A DNA stretch of 32,000 nt from Gemmata obscuriglobus (GCF_008065095.1 NZ_CP042911.1:4530001-4562000), one strand, 5' to 3'; numbered from the stretch's first letter, positions 1-8,515 are shown. Program-made: numbers and translations. The notes: generated by a model from the sequence alone, not told the origin.

Positions 1-341
1 AGCACACCAATTTCACGATCGCTCAGTTTCTTACCCGTTTTAACGGGTGGCATCACGCTCGCGTCGTCGGGGCTTGCCAGCACGCGCACGATCAGTTCGC
101 TGGAATCCGGTTTGCCGACGACGATGGAGGTCTCATGCGCGCCGTCCTTGGTGTCGAGGCGTAACCGGCCCTTGCGGGTCTTTTCGTCCGGCCCGTGGCA
201 CTGCAAGCAGTTGTTCGACAGGATCGGCCGCACGTCGCGATTGTAGTCGATCTTAGCAGGTATGGGTTGCGCCTGGGCCGAGTGGGCGACGAGCGCAACC
301 GCCACGAGAGCGAGTCCGAAGCGACCGGTGAGGAAACGCAC
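1..341 (-). CDS. PSCyt1 (planctomycete cytochrome c) domain protein of the DUF1549/DUF1553 type, N-terminal part; gene continues beyond the left edge
   Basis: Absent from the ORF track because it runs off the window. Reverse-strand translation from GTG at 339-341 gives (M)RFLTGRFGLALVAVALVAHSAQAQPIPAKIDYNRDVRPILSNNCLQCHGPDEKTRKGRLRLDTKDGAHE... This is a signal peptide followed by CxxCH in the sequence context typical of PSCyt1 domains. GAGGG lies about 6 nt upstream of the GTG. Confidence 0.7.
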   Translation of the reverse strand, partial: MRFLTGRFGLALVAVALVAHSAQAQPIPAKIDYNRDVRPILSNNCLQCHGPDEKTRKGRLRLDTKDGAHETSIVVGKPDSSELIVRVLASPDDASVMPPVKTGKKLSDREIGV

Positions 342-501
342 GGTTTGCCCTCAGCAGAAAAACACAGAACGACCGCAGGTTGGTCGAGGAGGTGGGCTCG
401 GTCCGAGTAATCAGAGAAGTGTACCCGGCGGCGCGGGCCGCGCGGAAACAAAAAATACCCCGGCCGGAACGGTCTGAGGGCACAGCCGCACAGGAAAGCA
501 G

Positions 502-1836
502 TTACTGCGGATACGGAGGCGGGGTCCAGCTCGGACGGAACAGTTCCTGTTTGTGTCGGGATTTGTGGAACGCTTCAGCAAGAAACAGTATCGATCGGCA
601 CCGCGCGCGGAACGCCGGCAGGACCGCTTCACCCTTCGCACCGGGCGATCCGACCAGTTTGGCGAGCTGCGCGTGCGCGTCGTAATCCGCAGGGGTGTTA
701 TGGGCACGCATCCCGTCAAGGAGCTGGCTTTCCAGTTGCGTGAACTTTTCCAGCACATCGGGGGTCACGTCGCAGTCGTGCGACCTGTAGACGTGCAGTT
801 CACGAGGCGCCAGGTCGGCGGCAATATCCCCGGTGCCGGGAGGCTCTTCTTTCTGCATGTGCACCGCCAACCCGACGAGACCGACCACGATCAGCAGTGC
901 GGCAAGGACGAAGAGAACTGCCGCGCCGGGAACAGCACCCAATTGCAGAGCCAGCGACAGAAGTGCCAGGCCTACCCCGCCACCCAAGACCGTAAACGAC
1001 CAGTGGACCCGCCGGCTCCAAGCCGACCACAGCCGCGCCGGGAGGCTCGGGCGCGCGGACCGCCCCCCGCCCCCACCCCCGCCGGGCACCTGAACGATCA
1101 AAACAGTGATGTTGTCTGGGCCGCCACGCAGGTTCGCGAGGTGAACCAGGAAGCGCACCGCCTCGTCCGGCGGGAGCGCAGAGACGACCGCCCCAACCTC
1201 CTGCGGCGTCACCACCCCCGTGAGGCCGTCACTGCACAGCAGGAAGGTGTCCCCGGGCTCAACCGGATACGGCCCTTCGATGTCGACTTCCACCTCGCGA
1301 TCAGGGCCGAGCGAGCGGATGATCACGTTCTTTTTGAAATCGCCGAGTTCGTCGGGGTCAACACCCTGTCGTTTAGCGATCTCCCACACCCAGGAGTGAT
1401 CGAACGTCAATTGCTCCGCCCGCCCCCCGCGGATGCGGTAAGCCCTACTGTCGCCGACGTGGCCGATCCAGGCCCCCTCGGGCCGGAGCACCAAGGCGGT
1501 ACTGGTCGTTCCCAGCCCGCGGAACTCGGGGTTCTGCTGGCCGATCTCGTGAATCCCCGAGTTCGCTTCTTGGAACGCGCGGCGCAAGGCGGGAAGCGCC
1601 CCCCCGTCGCGGGCGTGCTTGGCGTATAGGAACGGGATGTCTCGGGCGGCTTTCGCGCTGGCCTTCTCCCCCACCGCGTGCCCGCCCATGCCGTCGGCGA
1701 CTACGAACACATGACCCTGGGCTGCGAACCCGGCCACGTCTACGGCCGGTTGCGCAGCGCACGCGTCCTGGTTGTGGCTGCGCTTGACGCCCACGTCGGT
1801 CAGTGCCGCGTATCGGACAGGTTCAAACGCCGCCAC
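502..1836 (-). CDS. PP2C-family Ser/Thr protein phosphatase with C-terminal Gly-rich linker, two predicted TM helices and a roughly 120-aa extra domain
   Basis: 444-aa ORF. The N-terminus YAALTDVGVKRSHNQDA...VADGMGGHAVGEKAS...GDSRAYR...LLCSDGL...GGPDNITVLIV carries the PP2C/PPM metal-binding motifs. GTG start at 1836 is preceded by GAGGTGAG. Hydrophobic stretches WSFTVLGGGVGLALLSLALQLGAVPGAAVLFVLAALLIVVGLVGLAV follow the catalytic domain. Confidence 0.9.
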   Translation of the reverse strand: MAAFEPVRYAALTDVGVKRSHNQDACAAQPAVDVAGFAAQGHVFVVADGMGGHAVGEKASAKAARDIPFLYAKHARDGGALPALRRAFQEANSGIHEIGQQNPEFRGLGTTSTALVLRPEGAWIGHVGDSRAYRIRGGRAEQLTFDHSWVWEIAKRQGVDPDELGDFKKNVIIRSLGPDREVEVDIEGPYPVEPGDTFLLCSDGLTGVVTPQEVGAVVSALPPDEAVRFLVHLANLRGGPDNITVLIVQVPGGGGGGGRSARPSLPARLWSAWSRRVHWSFTVLGGGVGLALLSLALQLGAVPGAAVLFVLAALLIVVGLVGLAVHMQKEEPPGTGDIAADLAPRELHVYRSHDCDVTPDVLEKFTQLESQLLDGMRAHNTPADYDAHAQLAKLVGSPGAKGEAVLPAFRARCRSILFLAEAFHKSRHKQELFRPSWTPPPYPQ

Positions 1837-2005
1837 GACTCACCTCACGAAGGTTCTTCACCCATCCTACGCCATCGGCGGTAACAATGCTGCCCCCGCA
1901 GCAGAAATCCGCGCTGCGGGTGGAGTTGACCGCTCACGGGCGAAGCGTTATGCCGGGCGACTCATCACGGCTCACGAACGGGTACGGGCGAACGAAGGGG
2001 ACTCG

Positions 2006-2524
2006 ATGACGGCGCGAACCGTGCGGCTGATGCCGGCCATAGCCTGCGCTGCGGCGCTGCTCGCAACCGGCTGCGTGGACCGTCGGTTCGTAATCGAATC
2101 GAACGTGCCGAACGCGCAGGTGTACATCGATAACCGACCAATCGGCCCCGCGCCCGCACACAGTGCGTTCGAGTATTATGGCTATTACACCGTGAAAATC
2201 GTTCACCCGGGCTACGAAACGCGTGAAGAGCGGGTCCATGTGACCGCGCCGTGGTACGCGTACCCTCCCATCGACTTCCTTGCGGAAGTGGTGTGGCCGT
2301 TCCGCATTCGCGACACTCGCCGCTACTACTTCCCGTTGTACGAGGCGACTCAGACCCGTACCGACGACATCCTGAACGCCGCCGACGCGTTACGGCTCCG
2401 CGGTATGAACCTGCCTGCGCCGGAGCGGCCGGCCGATCCCCGCCCACCAAAGAAAAAGCCACAGCCAGCCCCGCTCCCTCCGTCCGCGCCGCAGCCGGGC
2501 CTCGTTCCCAGCGTGCTACCCTAA
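2006..2524 (+). CDS. PEGA-domain lipoprotein with Pro-rich C-terminal tail
   Basis: Internal ATG at 2006 of ORF 1772..2524 gives MTARTVRLMPAIACAAALLATGC (lipobox LATGC). It continues VIESNVPNAQVYIDNRPIGPAPA...YTVKIVHPGYETREERVHV, which is PEGA-like. The upstream part of the ORF looks non-coding. Confidence 0.7.
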   Translation: MTARTVRLMPAIACAAALLATGCVDRRFVIESNVPNAQVYIDNRPIGPAPAHSAFEYYGYYTVKIVHPGYETREERVHVTAPWYAYPPIDFLAEVVWPFRIRDTRRYYFPLYEATQTRTDDILNAADALRLRGMNLPAPERPADPRPPKKKPQPAPLPPSAPQPGLVPSVLP

Positions 2525-2575
2525 CTCGCGCGCCAGGAAGTCGCACCGCGTGCCCAACCCGAGGAGCAAAGTTAC

Positions 2576-3982
2576 TTACCGCAGCGACGACGCGATCTGA
2601 ACGAACCGCCACTCGAAAACGTTCCGCTTCGCGGCCTCACACCAGCAGTGAAGCACTACGACTTTATCGCCCACGCGGACGGCAGAAAACACAATCAGCC
2701 GCGACTCGGATGAGGCGATCACCTTCTTCGTGCCGGGGTCAAGGACCGCACTTTCAAGCCGGACGATCGAGGTCCCACCTTTGGTAAGTGGATCGCCTTC
2801 GGGGTCTCCGGTGCGCTCGGTGAACGTTGGCGCTGGCAACTGGTCGTTCGCGCCCTTCAGGTGGTTGGTCCACACGTTTTGAACGTACTCGCGCGCGCGT
2901 TGCAGAGGATCGCCGGCGCCGTCGAGAAGGTAAACGCGCAACTCGGCGACATCCGGGAGCGCGTTCCGCTCGCGGCGCAGTGTGTGGTTAATCCTGAGCC
3001 CCCGGTCCAGTTCCGGTTGCTCTTTTTTCTCCCCGTCGACGGGAACTTCCTTCCAAGCGTCTTCGGCATCTGTGAACGTGTACGGCACCGTCGCCCCTTT
3101 GTAGTCGATCTCGCGGGCAACCGTCTCGCGCCAGTCATCGCGAAGCCCCAGCAGTTTGCACCGGCTCCGAAAGTCCGTGAACTCGGGCTGCAACGTGTCG
3201 AAATCGCCTTCACCGCACCACCCGAGCCAGAAGTACGCGATCCCCTGATGGGCCACCGTATAGGCCTCGCCCTGCCAGATCAGTCCGTCACCCGAGGGGG
3301 CACGGAACTTGAACGCATGACGAGGGCCGACCGGGAGCCCCAGCCAGGTATTGTCGAGCGAGGGTTCCTCCTCGTGCCGAGTGAACAGTTTGCGAAACGG
3401 GACCTCCAGGTCGCGGCGCATCTCGGTGCCGCGCGGGGCACGCCCTTTGGCGTACTCGGTGCGGCCGAGGACCACGTACCCTTCCGGGCTCTCACGCTTA
3501 AAACCATACACAAACGGGGCGGACACCTTCAGCCGGATTCCGTCGTCCTGGGCCCACCCCTTTGGCAGCCCCTCGACGCCGAGATTGCCATCGGTGTCCT
3601 TCACCACGACCGCTTCACCGCCGCGTGAAGTGCGACGTGAGATCACCTTGAAGCCGATTACCAACACCGCCCCAGCGACCAGCGCCGCCATCAGCAGCGC
3701 AAAGATGGCGATCTGATACGCCGGCATTCCGGCGGCCGGCTCCTCGCGCTCGCGCCGGGGCTTGCGCCGACGCTCTTCGCGCTCCGCGGGTCCGGTAGGA
3801 GGCACCCCAACCGACACCGACTCTGACGACATTGGAGGCGGTTCGGAAGCCGGAGGTGGAGGCGAACTGAGCGTGAACCGCATGGAACAGCGCGGGCAAC
3901 TCAGCACCACCCCCACCGGCACCTGCGACGAGTCGAACGTGTACGGACAGCTCGGGTTGGGGCACTTCAGCAGGTTGCTCAT
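2576..3982 (-). CDS. Membrane-anchored protein with N-terminal MJ0042-type zinc ribbon, Pro-rich linker, one TM helix and a large uncharacterised extracytoplasmic domain
   Basis: ATG at 3980-3982 (aa 25 of ORF 2576..4054) gives MSNLLKCPNPSCPYTFDSSQVPVGVVLSCPRCSMRF (CxxxxC...CxxC). A Pro-rich segment follows, then the TM helix YQIAIFALLMAALVAGAVLVIGF. It starts 20 nt after the rnd stop on the same strand. Confidence 0.7.
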   Translation of the reverse strand: MSNLLKCPNPSCPYTFDSSQVPVGVVLSCPRCSMRFTLSSPPPPASEPPPMSSESVSVGVPPTGPAEREERRRKPRREREEPAAGMPAYQIAIFALLMAALVAGAVLVIGFKVISRRTSRGGEAVVVKDTDGNLGVEGLPKGWAQDDGIRLKVSAPFVYGFKRESPEGYVVLGRTEYAKGRAPRGTEMRRDLEVPFRKLFTRHEEEPSLDNTWLGLPVGPRHAFKFRAPSGDGLIWQGEAYTVAHQGIAYFWLGWCGEGDFDTLQPEFTDFRSRCKLLGLRDDWRETVAREIDYKGATVPYTFTDAEDAWKEVPVDGEKKEQPELDRGLRINHTLRRERNALPDVAELRVYLLDGAGDPLQRAREYVQNVWTNHLKGANDQLPAPTFTERTGDPEGDPLTKGGTSIVRLESAVLDPGTKKVIASSESRLIVFSAVRVGDKVVVLHCWCEAAKRNVFEWRFVQIASSLR

Positions 3983-4002
3983 CGGTGCGCGTTCCGGTGG
4001 AT

Positions 4003-5310
4003 TTATTCGGGCTCTTCCAGTGTACCGTCTGCGGGCGGAGCAGGTTCTTCCCACTCGTCAACCGTCAACCCCGCCTCGTGCTGGAACTCGGCACCCCCAT
4101 CGGACTCCTCTGGCTCCAGTTCCACCAGTTCGAGTGGGTCGAGGGCTTTCGGGTTGGCAACCCGGATCGCCGTTTCGCCCGACAAGATGTCCAAAAGTTC
4201 GGGCAACACAGCCTTTGCCCGCCACCCGCGGCACAGTGGCACGTCCGGTAAATCGGTCCCCTCAACGCGAGAGCGGACAACGGCCTTCAGATCCGCACCT
4301 GAGGAGATCAGATTCGCGGCAAGGCGGTTTCGCCCGGCGAAGTCCGCGAGCACCACGTTCAAGAGGTTCCCGAGCAGCACGACGTTGGCGCTGTCGTTGT
4401 CGCGGGTTTCGGGCTCGGGGCACTCACCAAGCTCGAGCGCCTTCGCGCGCCGGATAGCCTCTAAAATCGGCTCCTCTTGGCCGCGGGGCAGCCCGCGAAC
4501 CGTGTGCAACTCTTCGGGCCGCGTCGGCGCGCGGCGAGCGATCTCGATGAGGAGGTCGTCTCGCATCAAGAACCGCGGGGGCTTGTTCAGCCGCTCTGCG
4601 AACTTGTCGCGCCACCCGTAAACCTCGCGCGCGACCGCCAGCCCGCGCCGGTCCAGCGCCCCGATTCCCTTGATTTTCCGCCAGCGCTCGATCGTGGCGT
4701 CGTCAGCCACGGCCCGCTTCACCGCCGCCGCGAACTCCTCTTCCGCCCACGGCAATCGGCGATACTTTTTGAGCCTCTCGGTCAGTTTGCGGTGTGCGGG
4801 AAGCAGATACCGCACGTCGTCGTACGCGTACCGCACCTGAGCGGGGGTCAGCGGGCGTTGCCGCCAGTCGGTGAGCGTTTCCCCCTTCTGCATCCGCTGG
4901 CGGAGCAGGTCGTGGACGAGCCCCGCGTAGCCGATGGGGTACGTCAGCCCGACCAGACCGGCGGCAATCTGCACGTCGAACACGTTCGGCGGAGCGCTTC
5001 CCGCTTGAAAGTAGCACATCCGCACGTCCTCGCGGCCGGCGTGGACGACGACCGTGCGCTTTCGGTCGAGCAACAGGTCCCAGAACCCGTCGAGCGAGCC
5101 GCACTCGAACGGGTCGATCACGAACAGTTGCTCCGCGGTCGATACCTGAACCAAGCACAGTTCGGGGCGGTACGCATCCTCGCCCACGAACTCGGTGTCG
5201 AACCCCACGAGCGGCGCCTTCGCAAGGTGGCTAAGGCACGCGGCCAGTTGCGCCGGGTGCGTGACCAGTTGTTCCGGGAGTGCGGGGCGCTTACCGGGAC
5301 GGCGAGCCAT
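4003..5310 (-). CDS. rnd: Ribonuclease D (DEDD 3'-5' exonuclease plus HRDC domain) with acidic C-terminal extension
   Basis: 435-aa ORF. VGFDTEFVGEDAYRPELCLVQVST (ExoI), VVHAGREDV (ExoII) and YAYDDVRYLL (ExoIII), followed by an HRDC-like region (RGLAVAREVYGWRDKFAERLNKPPRFLMRDDLLIEIARR). Confidence 0.9.
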   Translation of the reverse strand: MARRPGKRPALPEQLVTHPAQLAACLSHLAKAPLVGFDTEFVGEDAYRPELCLVQVSTAEQLFVIDPFECGSLDGFWDLLLDRKRTVVVHAGREDVRMCYFQAGSAPPNVFDVQIAAGLVGLTYPIGYAGLVHDLLRQRMQKGETLTDWRQRPLTPAQVRYAYDDVRYLLPAHRKLTERLKKYRRLPWAEEEFAAAVKRAVADDATIERWRKIKGIGALDRRGLAVAREVYGWRDKFAERLNKPPRFLMRDDLLIEIARRAPTRPEELHTVRGLPRGQEEPILEAIRRAKALELGECPEPETRDNDSANVVLLGNLLNVVLADFAGRNRLAANLISSGADLKAVVRSRVEGTDLPDVPLCRGWRAKAVLPELLDILSGETAIRVANPKALDPLELVELEPEESDGGAEFQHEAGLTVDEWEEPAPPADGTLEEPE

Positions 5311-5476
5311 GTCGGTGGGCCTGAATGCGTGGTATGGAACTCGGAAACCGGAACCTGAAACTAACGTTATCGTTCAGGGTGCGAACGGCCCCCCGGCCGG
5401 TCAACACGTCCGCCGCGGCTTTCCCGGCCCCCGAACGGGCGACGCATGCATATTCCGGGCACTGGGGCTTCCCAAC

Positions 5477-5489
5477 CGGTACAATCGCG
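5477..5489 (+). promoter_or_regulatory. Putative -10 region (TACAAT at 5480-5485) within the 13-mer CGGTACAATCGCG
   Basis: TACAAT ends 30 nt upstream of the ATG at 5515. The identical 13-mer recurs at 11103-11115 at the same distance from another start codon. The -35 region is weak. Confidence 0.35.
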
Positions 5490-5514
5490 ATAACCCGCGC
5501 GGAGATCAAATCCG

Positions 5515-5778
5515 ATGATCGACGAGTTGCTCGAACAGAAGGTTGTTATCGACCTGGTGAGCCCGTACGTGTGCCTCGGTCGCCTCGTCCGGTATGACGA
5601 GCACTTCATTGAACTGAAGAACGCCGACCTGCACGACTTGCGTGACACCGAAACGACCCGCGAGCTGTACGTTGCGGACTCGGTGGCGACCGGCATCAAA
5701 CGAAACCGTAAGCGAGTGTTCCTGCGCCGCAGTGAGGTGGTGGCGATCTCGAAGCTCGAAGACGTTGTGGACGAATGA
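5515..5778 (+). CDS. Small conserved hypothetical protein, possibly with an Sm-like (LSm) fold
   Basis: 87-aa ORF with GGAGA Shine-Dalgarno 9 nt upstream. KVVIDLVSPYVCLGRLVRYDEHFIELKNADL resembles an Sm1 motif (G-x-L-x-x-x-D-x-H-hydrophobic...). RVFLRRSEVVAISKL resembles Sm2 (hydrophobic-x-I/L-R-x-x-x-V-x-x-I). Confidence 0.5.
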   Translation: MIDELLEQKVVIDLVSPYVCLGRLVRYDEHFIELKNADLHDLRDTETTRELYVADSVATGIKRNRKRVFLRRSEVVAISKLEDVVDE

Positions 5779-5915
5779 AAATCGCTCCGTGCATGCCTTG
5801 TGCGAAAGCGACATGCCCAAGAACGGCCCAGCTCGTTACGGCGGTGTTAAGGCGATACTGCCGCGGGCACGCAAGCGCTCCGGTTCACCTCCCGGCGCCC
5901 TTCTGAGGTCGCGAG

Positions 5916-6461
5916 TCACCCAGCGACCTGAACGAGCCACCGCCGAAGCAGCGCCGTGAGGGTTCCCATTTCCGTCGCACTGAGCGGCGGGAGTGAGTGC
6001 TCTGCCTCAGCGAATCGCGTCTTCGTCGCGTGGTCGATCACCCGGCGGCCCTTGGAGGTCAGCTCAATCACCACCATCCGCCGGTCATCCGGGTTCGGCT
6101 TGCGCGAGATGTAGCCGGCCTCCGCGAGCGCGTCCAGGCGGGCGGTCATCCCGCCACTGGACAGCAGCACGCTCTCCAAGAGCCGGGTGGGGGAGAGCCC
6201 GCCCTTCTTCCCGTGCCGCCGCAACGTCGCGAGTATGTCGAACTGGCCCAGCGTGAGTTTGTGCCGCTCCAGCGCGCCCTCCACGCTCCGCTCTAGGTGC
6301 TGCGCCAGAACGATCACGCGGCCCACCACATCCAGCGCCGACGGGTCCAGGTCCGGGCGCGCCTGCCGCCACTGTTCGACCAGCCGGTCGACTACGTCCG
6401 GCACTGCGGCAGGGGCCACTCCCGCGGGGCCAGCGGGCGGCTGCGCGTCAGTCGTGTCCAT
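5916..6461 (-). CDS. MarR-family transcriptional regulator
   Basis: ATG at 6459-6461 (aa 42 of ORF 5916..6584). LTLGQFDILATLRRHG...LSPTRLLESVLLSSGGMTARLDALAEAGYISRKPNPDDRRMVVIELTSKGR is a winged-HTH MarR signature. Divergent from ilvC. Confidence 0.85.
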   Translation of the reverse strand: MDTTDAQPPAGPAGVAPAAVPDVVDRLVEQWRQARPDLDPSALDVVGRVIVLAQHLERSVEGALERHKLTLGQFDILATLRRHGKKGGLSPTRLLESVLLSSGGMTARLDALAEAGYISRKPNPDDRRMVVIELTSKGRRVIDHATKTRFAEAEHSLPPLSATEMGTLTALLRRWLVQVAG

Positions 6462-6543
6462 ATTTGAATTCTTGCCGTCGAGATAATATTTCGTAAGCTC
6501 TCCCGCAGAGCATAGGGCCAACCTCTTCTTCCGAGTAGACACC

Positions 6544-7593
6544 ATGAAAGAGATTCGCATTGGCGACACCGTGGAGCAGGCCATCGAGCGGTCCGACTAC
6601 CCGCTCGACCGGGTCCGCGCGATCCTCAAGGACGAAACCGTTGCCGTGGTCGGTTACGGCGTACAGGGCCGCGGTCAGTCGCTCAACATGCGCGACAACG
6701 GCGTCAAGGTGATCGTCGGCCAGCGCAAGGGTGGCAAGGCTTACGACCTGTGCCTCGAAGACGGGTGGGAGCCGGGCAAGACGCTGTTCGACCCGGAAGA
6801 GGCCGCCGCGAAGGGCACCGTCGTGCAGTACCTGCTGTCCGACGCGGGGCAGAAGGAGATGTGGCCCAAGATCAAGCCGCACCTCACGAAGGGCAAAGCG
6901 CTGTACTTCTCGCACGGCTTCTCGATCGTGTTCAACGAGCAGACCGGCGTGGTTCCGACCGCCGACATCGACGTGATCCTGGTCGCCCCGAAGGGGTCGG
7001 GCACGACGGTGCGCCGGCTGTTCGTCGAGGGGCGCGGGATCAACTCCAGTTTCGCGATCCACCAGGACGCGACCGGCAAGGCGCGCGAGCGGTGCTTGGC
7101 GCTGGGCATTGCGATCGGCTCGGGGTACCTGTTCGAGACCACGTTCAAGAAGGAAGTAGTGTCCGACCTGACCGGCGAGCGGGGCGTTCTCATGGGCGCC
7201 ATCTACGGGCTGTGGCTCGCGCAGTACGAAGTGCTCCGCGCCAACGGGCACTCGCCGAGCGAAGCTTTCAACGAGACGGTAGAAGAGGCGACCCAGAGCC
7301 TGTACCCGCTGATCGCCGAAAAGGGCATGGACTGGATGTACGCCAACTGCTCGACGACCGCCCAGCGCGGCGCGCTCGACTGGTTCAAGTCGTTCCGCGA
7401 CGCGTCCAAGCCGGTGTTCGAGCAACTCTACAACTCGGTCGCGACCGGCGAAGAGGCCCGCCGGACCCTTGACGCGAACAGCCGTGCGGACTATCGCCAG
7501 CAGCTCGAGAAAGAACTCAAGGAGATCGCGGATAGCGAGATGTGGCAGGCGGGCGCGCAGGTGCGGGCGCTGCGGCCCGAGCGTCAGGGGTGA
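6544..7593 (+). CDS. ilvC: Ketol-acid reductoisomerase (NADP+)
   Basis: 349-aa ORF. It has the Rossmann motif VAVVGYGVQGRGQSLNMRDNGV and typical class I IlvC blocks (FSHGFSI, LVAPKGSG, ERGVLMG). Confidence 0.95.
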   Translation: MKEIRIGDTVEQAIERSDYPLDRVRAILKDETVAVVGYGVQGRGQSLNMRDNGVKVIVGQRKGGKAYDLCLEDGWEPGKTLFDPEEAAAKGTVVQYLLSDAGQKEMWPKIKPHLTKGKALYFSHGFSIVFNEQTGVVPTADIDVILVAPKGSGTTVRRLFVEGRGINSSFAIHQDATGKARERCLALGIAIGSGYLFETTFKKEVVSDLTGERGVLMGAIYGLWLAQYEVLRANGHSPSEAFNETVEEATQSLYPLIAEKGMDWMYANCSTTAQRGALDWFKSFRDASKPVFEQLYNSVATGEEARRTLDANSRADYRQQLEKELKEIADSEMWQAGAQVRALRPERQG

Positions 7594-7610
7594 GCACCCG
7601 CTCAACCCAC

Positions 7611-7663
7611 GCCGTCGGGGAGTGAGTGACACCAGATTGTCACTCACTCCCCGACGGCGTTTT
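7611..7663 (+). terminator. Rho-independent terminator downstream of ilvC
   Basis: Perfect 21-bp stem: GCCGTCGGGGAGTGAGTGACA (7611-7631) pairs with TGTCACTCACTCCCCGACGGC (7638-7658). Loop is 6 nt, followed by GTTTT. Confidence 0.8.
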
Positions 7664-7928
7664 CAGCCCGGCCGTGCCGCTGCTATGTGGCTTACCTTGC
7701 AATCTCAGTTGCTTAGCCCAGCACAGTGACACCAAGAAAACACAAACAATTATAATTGAAACTAATGCGATTTCTTATGTCACCTCTACGGATCCGGAAT
7801 AACTTTAGATTTTTTTTTGCGCATGATCAGTAGTGCGGCCGTGACATAACTACTTTGCACCGCGCCGGAACCGTGAACCGCACCAGACACTTCAATAATC
7901 GAGCGAATTTACCTTAACCTTCGGACCA

Positions 7929-7958
7929 TTGACAGGCCCAGAAACTGCCCTCTATGAT
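7929..7958 (+). promoter_or_regulatory. Putative sigma70-type promoter (TTGACA-N18-TATGAT)
   Basis: TTGACA at 7929-7934 and TATGAT at 7953-7958, inside the AT-rich intergenic island. About 150 nt upstream of the ORF starting at 8110. Confidence 0.3.
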
Positions 7959-8109
7959 GCCCATCACAACCGAGTCGCCACCACGCTTCCCCCCTGTCGC
8001 GGCTCGGTCTATCGGTGCCAGTGATTGACCTATCACAATGGCACACATGCATTTATAGCTGAAATACCTCTTCCGGTCGTCCGGCGACCGGCTCGTGGAG
8101 AGTATCGCC

Positions 8110-8496
8110 ATGCCGACCCTGGATCCCGTTGCCGAGTTCCGGGCGAGGTGGCTACCCCACGTCTCGAAGGACGGACTTTCGCGGATAATCGAGCTTTTGG
8201 AGAAGGGGAGCCCGCTCTTGATTCACGGGGCGTTCACACGAGCGGTCCCGATGGGTTGCTTGGCATCCCACATTGCCTGGAACCACCCTCAGACGTGCCG
8301 GTACCAGCACGAGGCCGGCGTAATGTGGCTTGCTAAAGTGGCGAAACTGAATCCTGCGACGTCGTCCGTCATTCTCGCGTGGGACCGGGACGGGGCTGGC
8401 AATTTCGAACTTCGCAACGATCTGCTTGGGGCCTGCCTTGAAGAGCGCGAGTGCCGCCGGCAGCGCGCACACTTGTGCGAGCCCGCCTGCTGCTGA
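8110..8496 (+). CDS. Hypothetical protein with Cys-rich C-terminus
   Basis: ORF 8095..8496 starts at a GTG. The ATG at 8110 has GGAGAG 7 nt upstream. I recognise no family. The C-terminus is CLEERECRRQRAHLCEPACC. Confidence 0.45.
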   Translation: MPTLDPVAEFRARWLPHVSKDGLSRIIELLEKGSPLLIHGAFTRAVPMGCLASHIAWNHPQTCRYQHEAGVMWLAKVAKLNPATSSVILAWDRDGAGNFELRNDLLGACLEERECRRQRAHLCEPACC

Positions 8497-8515
8497 CTTG
8501 CTGACCGGACAACTC

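Noticed and set aside
553-1629. Long ORFs antisense to recognised genes. Examples: 553..1629(+), 2861..3628(+), 4477..5358(+), 6448..7647(-), 13796..14788(+), 15988..16692(+), 16743..17489(+), 19201..20325(-), 21549..22307(-), 22371..23156(-), 23158..23730(-), 23996..24829(+), 24945..26603(+), 26688..27431(+).
   Set aside because: Each lies opposite a gene with clear family motifs (PP2C, rnd, ilvC, S9 peptidase, msrA, SPFH and others). Their translations are Arg/Pro/Gly/Ala-rich low-complexity strings with no recognisable motifs. Stop-poor antisense frames are expected in DNA of about 65-70% GC.
6462-6543. AT-rich MarR-ilvC intergenic region with EcoRI-site and AATATT palindromes and two ATATTT repeats, considered as a defined MarR operator or ilvC leader.
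   Set aside because: The -35/-10 spacings I could construct are non-canonical (12-14 nt), and the repeats are too short to separate from chance. It probably contains the divergent promoters, but I cannot define the sites.
8426-8515. ATG at 8426 as the MlaE start, overlapping the preceding ORF by 71 nt.
   Set aside because: The extra 30 residues are not MlaE-like and overlap the upstream ORF. The in-frame GTG at 8516 gives a typical 256-aa MlaE. It is not excluded, only less likely.
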